Of a stretch of 64,000 bases of DNA, positions 1 to 8,642 are shown one piece after another. The DNA is from Limisphaerales bacterium (GTDB lineage Bacteria; Verrucomicrobiota; Verrucomicrobiia; Limisphaerales; AAA164-E04): contig OZ245740.1 in NCBI GenBank assembly GCA_965227305.1, forward strand, positions 2,515,371 through 2,579,370, read 5' to 3'. Within the stretch, counting starts at the first letter, position 1; every line of letters starts with the position of its first letter. The position numbers and the translations under genes are program-made. The notes below the pieces were generated by a model. It was not told the origin of the DNA. It did no database searches and saw nothing but the letters and a program-made list of their open reading frames with translations.

Positions 1-889
1 CCGCCACCAATTCCAAGTCCCTTTCTACTTCCTGGCCCTCAGCGATATAGGCCTCCGCCCCCACAGAAAGAGGCCCAACATAGCCCGGCGCAACCGCCAC
101 CACTTCAAACTCATCTTCGAACGGAGCGGCAAGCGAGTAGTTTCCCGCGTCATCGGCCACGGCCACGGTTTTCAGATGAGAATAGTTTCCGCCAACGGCC
201 TGCATCAGTCCGACCAGGGCGCCCGGAACCGGAGCCCCATCACTCATAACCCTCCCGGTAAATCGTTGTTCCGCCGGACTCTCGACAATCGTGAGTCGCT
301 GCGTCTGAGGCGAGAAAGATCCCAAGGGACTGGAAACTCGGTAGACATATTCCCCTGGAATCGCTTCCAGCCCACCACGAATCGGGAAATACGTTTCAAT
401 CTCCCCGTCGCGAAACGTCACGGCTTCCAGATCAACCTCGATGTAGTCCAAGGTTTCATTGTAGTTGGGTTCTTCGCCGATCAACGGCAGGACGCCATCG
501 GTAATCACCCGGCTATCGACGAGAATCGCATCTTCGTCAATAACACCCTCGTTATTCCGAACCAGAAACCGTTCCAGTCGAATCGTCTGCCCGAGCGAGA
601 GACCTCCGATATAGGCATCCAGATAATCCAAGTAGTTGCTTGGAATCGTCCGCTCAGAAAGTTCGAACTCGATGGGCCCGTTCCCCTCCGGCTCCGGATC
701 GGGAAACACTTCTTCACTCCCCTGGACCGGCGTATTCCAAGTCACCACCAATCGATTCTCATTGGCTGTGGTGAACCAGGCCCCGTCACTGGAACAAGAG
801 GTGGGAATGCCATGTACCCGCGAAAACGGGACCAGCAGCGCTAGCAACAGCGGGACCCACCCAAGCCCCGATCCAGACATCAACCGCAT
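1..889 (-). CDS. Secreted hypothetical protein, 3'-truncated by the window edge (signal peptide; distal part resembles a carboxypeptidase-regulatory/prealbumin-like beta-sandwich)
   Basis: It is absent from the ORF track because it has no stop inside the window. My translation of the minus strand from ATG at 889 (alternative ATG at 880) reads MRLMSGSGLGWVPLLLALLVPFSRVHG... and stays open to position 1. The later part reads GRVMSDGAPVPGALVGL...VADDAGNYSL. The + strand ORFs 176..844 and 636..1007 are antisense shadows. Confidence 0.6.
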   Translation of the reverse strand, partial: MRLMSGSGLGWVPLLLALLVPFSRVHGIPTSCSSDGAWFTTANENRLVVTWNTPVQGSEEVFPDPEPEGNGPIEFELSERTIPSNYLDYLDAYIGGLSLGQTIRLERFLVRNNEGVIDEDAILVDSRVITDGVLPLIGEEPNYNETLDYIEVDLEAVTFRDGEIETYFPIRGGLEAIPGEYVYRVSSPLGSFSPQTQRLTIVESPAEQRFTGRVMSDGAPVPGALVGLMQAVGGNYSHLKTVAVADDAGNYSLAAPFEDEFEVVAVAPGYVGPLSVGAEAYIAEGQEVERDLELVA

Positions 890-1078
890 CGTCAGAAAAC
901 CGTTTAAACCTCTCATCGCTCCGTTCTTCATTGGGACACTCTCACTTCTAAATCCACTCTTCTCACGGCGCCGCTCACTAGCGCGAAGAATGCTGAACCG
1001 AACTTAGTCGAGAGTATGAAGACTTGAGTAGTCCCCATAACGTGTGAATCGAGCCCCGAAAATGGGGACAAAGGAGGG

Positions 1079-1768
1079 CTAGCGGCCGAGGTACTTCACG
1101 ACCGCCTCCGTACGAGTCCGGACCTGGAGTTTTTCATAGATCCGACGGAGATGGGTTCGAACCGTCTCCACCCCGATGGAGAGCTCATCCGCGATTTCCT
1201 TGTAGAGGTATCCGCGAGAAAGCAACATGACAACCGATTCCTCCCGTGGACTCAGTTTCGGCAGGTCTGGATTCGTCGAAGTCGGCGGTTGAGTGTCCCC
1301 ACCAAAAGATTCAACGACGCGCCGGGCAATATAGCCCGACATCGGCGATCCCCCGGATTGCACGTCGGCAATGGCTTGAAGGATCTCCAAGGGAGCGCTT
1401 CGCTTGAGCATGTATCCCGTCGCACCGGCTTTCAGGGATTCGAACACGCGCTTGTCATCCGTGTAGGAAGTCAAGACGACAAACTGCGTTCGGGGTAACT
1501 TCGGTTTGAGTTCGCGGATGCATTCAATTCCCGTCTGCCCGGGCATTTGGATGTCCATGAGGGCCACGTCTGGTTTGTCTTCGAGTACGCCAGCCACCGC
1601 AGATTCTCCATCCGAGTAGCGGCCCACACACTCCAGTCCAGGACTCCCATTGACCAGGAGTGCCAGGCTTTCCGCAAATGACGCATCATCATCGGCGATG
1701 GTGACTCGAACTAGTTCCGTTGATGCTTCCATTCCTATGTCACTCAGCCTACCGCCATTGAGGCCCAT
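1079..1768 (-). CDS. NarL/FixJ-type response regulator (REC + LuxR HTH)
   Basis: The REC domain has the context DVALMDIQMPG, and the C-terminal HTH reads SPREESVVMLLSRGYLYKEIADELSIGVETVRTHLRRIYEKL. It lies immediately downstream of the HisKA_3 kinase at 1824..4892. The true start may be the internal Met at 1732. Confidence 0.9.
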   Translation of the reverse strand: MGLNGGRLSDIGMEASTELVRVTIADDDASFAESLALLVNGSPGLECVGRYSDGESAVAGVLEDKPDVALMDIQMPGQTGIECIRELKPKLPRTQFVVLTSYTDDKRVFESLKAGATGYMLKRSAPLEILQAIADVQSGGSPMSGYIARRVVESFGGDTQPPTSTNPDLPKLSPREESVVMLLSRGYLYKEIADELSIGVETVRTHLRRIYEKLQVRTRTEAVVKYLGR

Positions 1769-1823
1769 CCGGGAATCCCCTTTTTGGGGGACGCCAGCCC
1801 CCAGAACGCTCTTCGGCCCCCAT

Positions 1824-4800
1824 TCATTCCGCCACGTCCTCCACCGAAACGTTCCCTACTGACAATCGCACCGTCAATCCGTGAGACGGTCGCGGCAAGA
1901 ATTCAGCCAGCCCACCCACCCCAAGCATCCGCTCGCTCATGTTGCGAAGCCCATTTCCGGATCGTCGGGAAACGGCATCGCCCAACCCCTTACCGTCATC
2001 GCTAATTTCAACCAAGAACACATCTCGATTGGATCGCATTCGGATGCTCACCTCGGAAGCCTCGGCGTGTTTCAACACATTTGTCATCGCTTCACTAGCG
2101 GCCAAAAAGAGATTGTGCCGAACGTCCGATGCCATCTCACGAGCTTCTAGAGAAATCGGAACATCAAAACGCAGCCGAATCTCGGTGTGGCGAAAAAACT
2201 CCTCGGCATACGAACTAATATAGGCGACGAGCCCCTCCACATTGTCCATCTCCGGATTGGTTGCCCACACCACTTCATCCAAACCACGGGCTAGTTCCTG
2301 CGCACTGGAATTCACTTTAGAGGCCTGCTCGGCACCGGAACCGTCCGAATCCTTTTGAAATCGACCAGTCAACGATTGGCTCTGAAACAGGATCTGGGTC
2401 AGTTGCGCTCCCAACTTGTCGTGAATCTCGCTAGCAATACGAGCCCGTTCCTTCTCTACCGCATGGTCCCGCTCCAAGAAAACCAGCCGCCGCGTGAGTT
2501 TCACTCGGGCCGCAAGCCAAACGATGGTCCCAAACACCGCCCCAATCACCCCAACGGTCCCAATCTTAAAGGCCAGCGTCTGCCAGAAATGCGGTTCGAT
2601 CCGAATCGGAAGCGTCGCCCCAAGATCGTCCCACTCTCCGCGGGAGTCGCTGGCACGAACATGGAATCGGTACGTTCCGGGCGGCGGAGAATTATAACTC
2701 GCCGTCCGCTGTCGACCGGCATCCACCCACCCGCTATCCAGTCCCTCAAGCCGATACTGAAATCGCGTTCGCTTCGGCGACTCCAACATCACCGCAGAAA
2801 ACTCAAACGACAAGCGAGCCGGACCGGGAGGAATCCGCAACGGGTCTTGGGACGAATCGACAAGCCGGTCATCCACCCGCACTTCCTCAATATAGACATG
2901 CGGTTTCTTCGCCGATCTCGATACGGCTTCCGGATCAAAGGAAACGACATTCTCAACCATCGAAACCCACAGACGCCCATCCCGAGCTCGATGCATATTG
3001 GGTGAATAGGCCGCGGAACAGACCGAGTCCAAGAGCCCGTCATCAGGACCAAAAAGCAAACACTCGGACAAGACACCACTACTCGAAGATCGATTGAGCA
3101 CCTCCTCCCGTTTCACCCGAGCAATCCCCCCCGTGGTCGCCAACCACAGATAAGATCCCACACCGACAATCCCCCCCACCTCGTCACTTGGTAGTCCATC
3201 ACTCCTGCGGGTGGCCACGACTTGATCCCCTTTGCGAACCACAAGCCCTCGCCCCATCGTTCCCAACCAAAGCGTTCCGTCTTCATCCACGTAGAGCGCC
3301 GAAATAGCACGATGATCGAGTTGCTCCTCAAGCTCCAGGCGCGTTCCGACTCCCTCCTTCACGGACCACAAATTTCCCACCGATGTTCCTGCCCACAAAG
3401 TACCATCCGCGCTCTCAGCGAGGGAATAGATCGCATCCTCCCGGGTCTCCGCCAACACGCGTATACTCTCCCCGTCCGACGTCAAGATCCCACCGAACGC
3501 GCTCCCAAACCACATCCTCCCATCCCGGGCTTCGAGGAAACAGCGAATTTGTTGGGCCGGTTTGTCAATCGTAACCACGCCGGTGGAGCGAAGGGCACCC
3601 TGCCCATCCGCTTCATATTTCCCCAAACTTCCAGGCAACGCGGCCCAGTAGTTTCCCGACCGATCCACCACAACCGCCATCACGCCGGACTCGCGAACCT
3701 GCTCAAGCCCCCCATCACGCACCCGAAAAAGACCATCAGACTTGTTAAAAACAACGTGGCCCGATGGGTCTTCCGACACAGCCCCAACCTGCCCGGATCC
3801 TGGAGCCGTGACATTCTGAAAAATCCCTTGCTTCAATCGCGTCAGCCCGGCGACCGATGATCCGGCCCAAATAGAACCGTCCCGATCTTCAAACAACGAA
3901 ACCACCTTTCCTTTCCCGATCTGGAATCGCTCATACTCTCCATCGGGAGCCAAGCGATACACCCCCTGGTCATAGACGGCGATCCAAAGATTGCGGCGAC
4001 TGTCTTCAAGAAAGGCTCCGATCCCATACTGCTGGATCGAGAAAGGCCACGTTTGGGGTTGAGTGACCCTTCCGGGTGCCACCAACCGTGCCAATGCGCC
4101 ATATTCAGGGAGAGAACCGGATAGAAACCACAGACCGCCGTCCTTCCGAGAGTAGATGCTCTGACTCATTAGTTTCCGGTTAGAATCCATCACTTCGATT
4201 TGCCGATAGCCATCGGATCGCCAATGCACGGGAACCTCCCAATAGCAGGTGTAGAGCCCACCGGACACGGAGTCGACGGCAACCGTCGTGGACCGCCCGC
4301 TCGGTCCGGTCCTCCCGGGATCGCTCTGGAGTTTCCCGCCGTCCACGTAAAACAAGCCACCATCGGCGCCCACCCAGATTCGCCCCTCCTGGTCTTCGGC
4401 AAAGTCAAGAATCCCGTAGGAATTTACCTGACTGACATCGATCTTCGATATCTTGCCGTCCTCCATCTTCGCAATCTCGCCCCAAAGGGAGCCACTCCAC
4501 AAACACCCCCGACTGTCCACAAACAACGCCACAATCGTCCGGGCCGGCACGGCAGGGGTCGTGTAGGGCGAAAACACCTTAAACTGAATCCCATCAAACC
4601 GCGCCAGGCCCGCAGCCGTGCCGAGCCAGAGGAACCCATCGGGAGTCTGAGCAATGGAGTGCACGCCATTACGGGGCAAGCCTTCCGCCTGCCCCCAGGT
4701 TCGGATCACGTAGTCAGACCGTTCCTCCCGCTGATAAGGTTGGGTCAATCCAGAAAAACTCAACTCGTCGGCCCAAACCCTCCCGCTCGGCCAGAAGCCA

Positions 4801-4892
4801 AGCCCAAAGAGCACGGCCACGGCCAACAGCGACCGGCTCAAACGATTGAATCTAAGGCCAACAAACAAGGACACCACAGGAAGCGGCGCCAA
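1824..4892 (-). CDS. Sensor histidine kinase with periplasmic two-component-regulator propeller repeats + Y_Y_Y domain, TM, HisKA_3 and HATPase_c
   Basis: It has an N-terminal signal/TM segment and repeated Reg_prop-like blades (GFLWLGTAAGLARFDG, GTLWLGTMGRGLVV...). The Y_Y_Y motif is FQYRLEGLDSGWVDAGRQRTASYNSPPPGTYRFHVRA. The H-box is IASEIHDKLGAQLTQI and the ATPase part reads EISDDGKGL...GNGLRNMSERM. The stop is TGA. Confidence 0.9.
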   Translation of the reverse strand: MAPLPVVSLFVGLRFNRLSRSLLAVAVLFGLGFWPSGRVWADELSFSGLTQPYQREERSDYVIRTWGQAEGLPRNGVHSIAQTPDGFLWLGTAAGLARFDGIQFKVFSPYTTPAVPARTIVALFVDSRGCLWSGSLWGEIAKMEDGKISKIDVSQVNSYGILDFAEDQEGRIWVGADGGLFYVDGGKLQSDPGRTGPSGRSTTVAVDSVSGGLYTCYWEVPVHWRSDGYRQIEVMDSNRKLMSQSIYSRKDGGLWFLSGSLPEYGALARLVAPGRVTQPQTWPFSIQQYGIGAFLEDSRRNLWIAVYDQGVYRLAPDGEYERFQIGKGKVVSLFEDRDGSIWAGSSVAGLTRLKQGIFQNVTAPGSGQVGAVSEDPSGHVVFNKSDGLFRVRDGGLEQVRESGVMAVVVDRSGNYWAALPGSLGKYEADGQGALRSTGVVTIDKPAQQIRCFLEARDGRMWFGSAFGGILTSDGESIRVLAETREDAIYSLAESADGTLWAGTSVGNLWSVKEGVGTRLELEEQLDHRAISALYVDEDGTLWLGTMGRGLVVRKGDQVVATRRSDGLPSDEVGGIVGVGSYLWLATTGGIARVKREEVLNRSSSSGVLSECLLFGPDDGLLDSVCSAAYSPNMHRARDGRLWVSMVENVVSFDPEAVSRSAKKPHVYIEEVRVDDRLVDSSQDPLRIPPGPARLSFEFSAVMLESPKRTRFQYRLEGLDSGWVDAGRQRTASYNSPPPGTYRFHVRASDSRGEWDDLGATLPIRIEPHFWQTLAFKIGTVGVIGAVFGTIVWLAARVKLTRRLVFLERDHAVEKERARIASEIHDKLGAQLTQILFQSQSLTGRFQKDSDGSGAEQASKVNSSAQELARGLDEVVWATNPEMDNVEGLVAYISSYAEEFFRHTEIRLRFDVPISLEAREMASDVRHNLFLAASEAMTNVLKHAEASEVSIRMRSNRDVFLVEISDDGKGLGDAVSRRSGNGLRNMSERMLGVGGLAEFLPRPSHGLTVRLSVGNVSVEDVAE

Positions 4893-5000
4893 CCTAACAG
4901 TCTCAAGCCGTTTTGCCTATCAAGAAGAACCGCCCCAGTGCCAACAAGAATGGGATTGAAAAAGAATGCATCCAATAAAAGAGGGCCGTCGCAAATGCAG

Positions 5001-5169
5001 TTCCGGAAGGTGGGGCGAGCGTACCCGCGAGCCGTCGGCACAAGGGTAATCACCACCCAAAAAAGAACCACGGCGCACAAGGATAGACCCCCCATAATCC
5101 CCAAGACTGCCGAGCGCGAACACAGTACAACCAACGGCTCCCGACCACACTCGCTCCACCTTTTCCAGG
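5001..5169. repeat. MITE-like intergenic repeat, copy 1 (left terminal repeat intact, right one degenerate)
   Basis: The left end TTCCGGAAGGTGGGGCGAGCGTACCCGCGAGCCGTCGGC (5001-5039) matches the terminal repeats at 22955, 29791, 24345 and 63971. The decayed inverted partner ACGGCTCCCGACCACACTCGCTCCACC lies at about 5134-5160. The internal core (ccacggcgcacaaggatagaccccccataatccccaag) is the reverse complement of the core of copies 2 and 3. Confidence 0.6.
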
Positions 5170-5191
5170 CCAATCCCTCCGCTAAGAAACA

Positions 5192-6364
5192 CTAGGGACC
5201 GATGGCCAGATTCACGAGTTCCCGAAACCGGGCCATGGGCGGGCACCCTTTGGGGTTCTGACTAAACACCAGACCAACGATGCCCCGTTTGCGATCAATC
5301 CACGCATGCGTACCGTCCGACCCACTGTGACTGGCAACCCCGTCAGACAAACCCCAACCATAGCCATAAGCCCCGCCGGGCCGTTCCGTCTTGGCCGTGA
5401 GCATGTGCTCGACCGTTTCTTCTCTCAAGATCCGACGTTCATTCAATACGCCCCCATTCAGAATCATCTGACAGAACAGTGCGTAGTCCCATGCCGTTGA
5501 CACCATTCCTCCCGAGGCTCTGGCAAAAGGTAGCGTCACTGCTTGTCCCGCTACCCAGTTTCCGTCCCCGTCTCTCCGATAGTAAACAGGACCGAGTCGA
5601 TCCCGCTTCCCCTCCAAATCATGTCCAGCACGGAAATGATAAGAATCCTTCATCCCGAGTGGCTCGTAAATCGAACGATCCAAAAACGGTTCGAGTATCT
5701 CCCCCGATCGGATTTCGATCAACCCGCCCAGGGTGTTGTAGCCGGGGTTGCTATAGCTGTAAGACGTTCCCGGCGTGACTCGTGCGCCAACCTCGCCAAA
5801 GCGAGCCACCGCCGTTTGGAGATCCACATTGGCCTCGGCGGGTGGAAGAAACAAACTTTGGATTCTAAAACCACTGGTGTGGGAAAGCAATTGATCGACC
5901 GTGATGAACCCCGCTCGATAGTTGTCCCAACTGGGGATAAACTCCCGCACCAGATCCGAGTACTTTAGCTTCCCTTGCTCCACCAATATCGCGATTCCGG
6001 CCGCTACCACCGGTTTGGTGTTGGAAGCCAGATGAAAAAGCGTATCCCGTTTCATCGGACGCTGCTGAGCCAGATCACTGACCCCCAAGGCTTCGTGACA
6101 AACCACCTTGCCGTCGCGCGCGACCAATAGAACCACGCCAACCAAATCTCCCCGTTTAACGGCTTCCTCGTAAAAACCCACAGCACCCTTGAGAATCGAA
6201 GGAGACATGTGAACCTCGGCCGGGTGCCCATAGGCCAATCCCCCATTCACAGGTTCCTCCCCCTCCCCATTCACCTCACCGAGGCAACAGAAGGAAACCC
6301 AGAGAAAGACAAGCAACCCTCTCGCTGCCAAGGAATCACTATTCATGTCGCCAAATGTGCCCAC
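5192..6364 (-). CDS. Serine hydrolase, beta-lactamase/PBP4*-like family (paralog 1 of 3)
   Basis: It has a signal peptide and the S-x-x-K nucleophile motif in LASNTKPV. The overall class-C beta-lactamase-like pattern includes YSNPGYNTLG and HSGSDGTHAW. Confidence 0.85.
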   Translation of the reverse strand: MGTFGDMNSDSLAARGLLVFLWVSFCCLGEVNGEGEEPVNGGLAYGHPAEVHMSPSILKGAVGFYEEAVKRGDLVGVVLLVARDGKVVCHEALGVSDLAQQRPMKRDTLFHLASNTKPVVAAGIAILVEQGKLKYSDLVREFIPSWDNYRAGFITVDQLLSHTSGFRIQSLFLPPAEANVDLQTAVARFGEVGARVTPGTSYSYSNPGYNTLGGLIEIRSGEILEPFLDRSIYEPLGMKDSYHFRAGHDLEGKRDRLGPVYYRRDGDGNWVAGQAVTLPFARASGGMVSTAWDYALFCQMILNGGVLNERRILREETVEHMLTAKTERPGGAYGYGWGLSDGVASHSGSDGTHAWIDRKRGIVGLVFSQNPKGCPPMARFRELVNLAIGP

Positions 6365-6472
6365 CGTAATCCGGAAGGAAAAGGATGAATCTTAATCCCA
6401 GTTTTGAAAATCAGCCCCAAGACGGAAAGTCGCGGCTCGCCAGATCCCGGCGAGTTGGTAACCTGTCCCACC

Positions 6473-8635
6473 ATGAAGCACGCGATAGCACGACTCGTAG
6501 CAGTAGCAGGGATCCTCTGGCTCGGGCCATCCCAAGCCCAGACGCTCTCCCCCGTTCCCGACAAATTGGTCGTGCTCACCTTCGATGACTCCAACCGATC
6601 CGATCGCTACTTCGTGGCTGAAATCGTAAAAGAGTTCGGCTTCGGTGCCACCTTCTACGTCACTGAAGGGCTCGGCTTCCTCAAAAGCAAAACGAACTAC
6701 ACCAGTTGGGAAGATATTCGTGAATTACACGACATGGGCTTCGAGATTGGGAATCACACGCAACACCACCGGAATGTCACCCGTCTCTCCCCCGAAGAGT
6801 TTGAAGCCTCCCTCACCCATATCGACCGTCGCTGCGAAACCTACGGGATTCCCAAGCCCACCACGTTCTGCTTCCCAGGCTTCTCACATGCCATGAACGC
6901 GGTCGACGTCATCGATCGACATGGGTTTCAATTCGCTCGCCGTGGCGTCCGACCAGAGTTCAACGATGGCGGACAGGGTGGCCGAGGCCCCGCCTACGAT
7001 CCACAGGTCGATCACCCCTTACTCATCCCCACTACCTGGTATTCAGGGCCTCAATCAGGGTTTAACGATCTGAAATGGGCAATCAATCAAGCGCACGACG
7101 GCAAGATCGCCGTCCTCTGCTATCACGGCGTTCCGGCGCTTGAGCATCCGTGGGTGAGCACCCCGGAAGAAGCGTTCATCCAACACATGCAGTACTTGAA
7201 AGATCAGGGCTGCAGGGTCATCGCAATGCGCGACCTCAAGAACTTCGTGGACACCAGTAAACGTGTGACCGATCCCTACGCACACATTCAAGCACGCACA
7301 CCCATGCCGCTATCCGATCGTCGGGAATTTTTGGTCGACGACACCTTGATCGAAAACACCACCGGCAATATCAAATTGCACCTCCATCGCCCCGAGCCGC
7401 AAGAGGTCGTCTTGGTTACGGACCAACCCTGGGAAGGCAATACCTGCGCCTATTTCACGCTCTTTCAAGATGACGATCGTTACCGCATGTACTACCGCGG
7501 CTCACACTACGACGAAGCCACGAAATCGGCGACACACCGGGAGGTCACGTGCTACGCAGAAAGCCGGGACGGAATCCATTGGGAAAAGCCAAAACTAGGG
7601 CTGGTCGGATTTGAAGGCTCCAAAGAAAACAACATCGTGTGGGACGGTATCGGGACCCATTGCTTCACCGTATTCAAAGACAAGAATCCGAAGTGTCCGC
7701 CAGGGGCAAAGTACAAAGCCATTTCCCGCGGGCGTCCCCAAGCCGAGAAAGGGCTCTATATCTTCCAATCACCCGACGGCATTCATTGGTCCCTAATCCA
7801 GGAGGAACCCGTGATTACCGACGGCGCATTTGATTCGCAAAACCTGGCGTTCTGGGATCCTTCCGCCGGCGTGTATCGCGAGTTTCACCGCTCGTTCCAA
7901 GATGGGATTCGAGCCATCAAGACGGGGACTTCGACCGATTTCATTCACTGGACAAAGCCGGAATGGGTCACCTACGGAGAGGCCCCAGCCCAACATCTCT
8001 ACACCAACGCGATCCTCCCACACCCCGAGGCACCGCATTTCTTGTTAGGGTTTCCGACTCGTTACCTGCCCGATGAGGGCCAGCGGGTGGAACCGACCTT
8101 CATGACCAGCCGAGATGGTGGACTTAGCTTTCACCGATGGCTGGAGCCGATCATTCCAGAGTCCGCCCCGGAGGACCGCAGCGGCAATCGCAGCAATTAC
8201 ATGACTTGGGGGCTTCTCACGCTGCCTGAGCGTCCAAACGAGATGTCGGTTTACGCCACGGAAGCGTACTACACGGGCCCGGACAGCCGCGTCCGACGGT
8301 TTACCTATCGGAAAGATGGTTTTGTCTCAGCCCGTTCCCGTGGAAATGGCGAGTTAAGAACCAAACTCCTTTCATTCCAAGGTGATGAGCTGATGATCAA
8401 CGCGAGAACCAAACCCTCGGGTAGCATTCGAGTCGAGTTGCAGGACTGGCACGGGAATCCGTTACCGGGCGTGCGGATGGAAGACTCTGAAGCCTTTTCG
8501 GGAGATTCGACTGGAGGACACAGTGTTCAATGGAAAGGACGTCCCGACCTGAGTCGATTCGCCGGCATGCCGATTCGTCTTCGAATACAACTGAATCAAG
8601 CCGAGGTGTTCACCTTCCAATTTCGGAAACGCTAG
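6473..8635 (+). CDS. Secreted polysaccharide deacetylase (NodB/CE4-like) fused to a beta-propeller glycoside-hydrolase-like domain
   Basis: The signal peptide is MKHAIARLVAVAGILWLGPSQAQ, starting at ATG 6473 (the ORF track starts upstream at 6404). The NodB motifs are LTFDDSNRSD and GNHTQHH. The C-terminal ~430 aa carry repeated blade-like segments (RMYYRG, SRDGIHWEKP, SPDGIHWSL, STDFIHWTKP, SRDGGLSFHRW). Confidence 0.8.
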   Translation: MKHAIARLVAVAGILWLGPSQAQTLSPVPDKLVVLTFDDSNRSDRYFVAEIVKEFGFGATFYVTEGLGFLKSKTNYTSWEDIRELHDMGFEIGNHTQHHRNVTRLSPEEFEASLTHIDRRCETYGIPKPTTFCFPGFSHAMNAVDVIDRHGFQFARRGVRPEFNDGGQGGRGPAYDPQVDHPLLIPTTWYSGPQSGFNDLKWAINQAHDGKIAVLCYHGVPALEHPWVSTPEEAFIQHMQYLKDQGCRVIAMRDLKNFVDTSKRVTDPYAHIQARTPMPLSDRREFLVDDTLIENTTGNIKLHLHRPEPQEVVLVTDQPWEGNTCAYFTLFQDDDRYRMYYRGSHYDEATKSATHREVTCYAESRDGIHWEKPKLGLVGFEGSKENNIVWDGIGTHCFTVFKDKNPKCPPGAKYKAISRGRPQAEKGLYIFQSPDGIHWSLIQEEPVITDGAFDSQNLAFWDPSAGVYREFHRSFQDGIRAIKTGTSTDFIHWTKPEWVTYGEAPAQHLYTNAILPHPEAPHFLLGFPTRYLPDEGQRVEPTFMTSRDGGLSFHRWLEPIIPESAPEDRSGNRSNYMTWGLLTLPERPNEMSVYATEAYYTGPDSRVRRFTYRKDGFVSARSRGNGELRTKLLSFQGDELMINARTKPSGSIRVELQDWHGNPLPGVRMEDSEAFSGDSTGGHSVQWKGRPDLSRFAGMPIRLRIQLNQAEVFTFQFRKR

Positions 8636-8642
8636 CCGATTT

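Noticed and set aside
176-1007. The + strand ORFs 176..844 (222 aa) and 636..1007 (123 aa)
   Set aside because: They have low-complexity, Arg/Pro-rich, junk-like translations. They lie antisense to a well-behaved minus-strand ORF that has a signal peptide and runs from 889 to the window edge.
4200-5195. The 331-aa + strand ORF
   Set aside because: It is antisense to the histidine kinase gene and then reads through the MITE-like repeat (peptide VGRAYPRAVGT). Its composition (R/P/G/H-rich) is typical of a shadow ORF.
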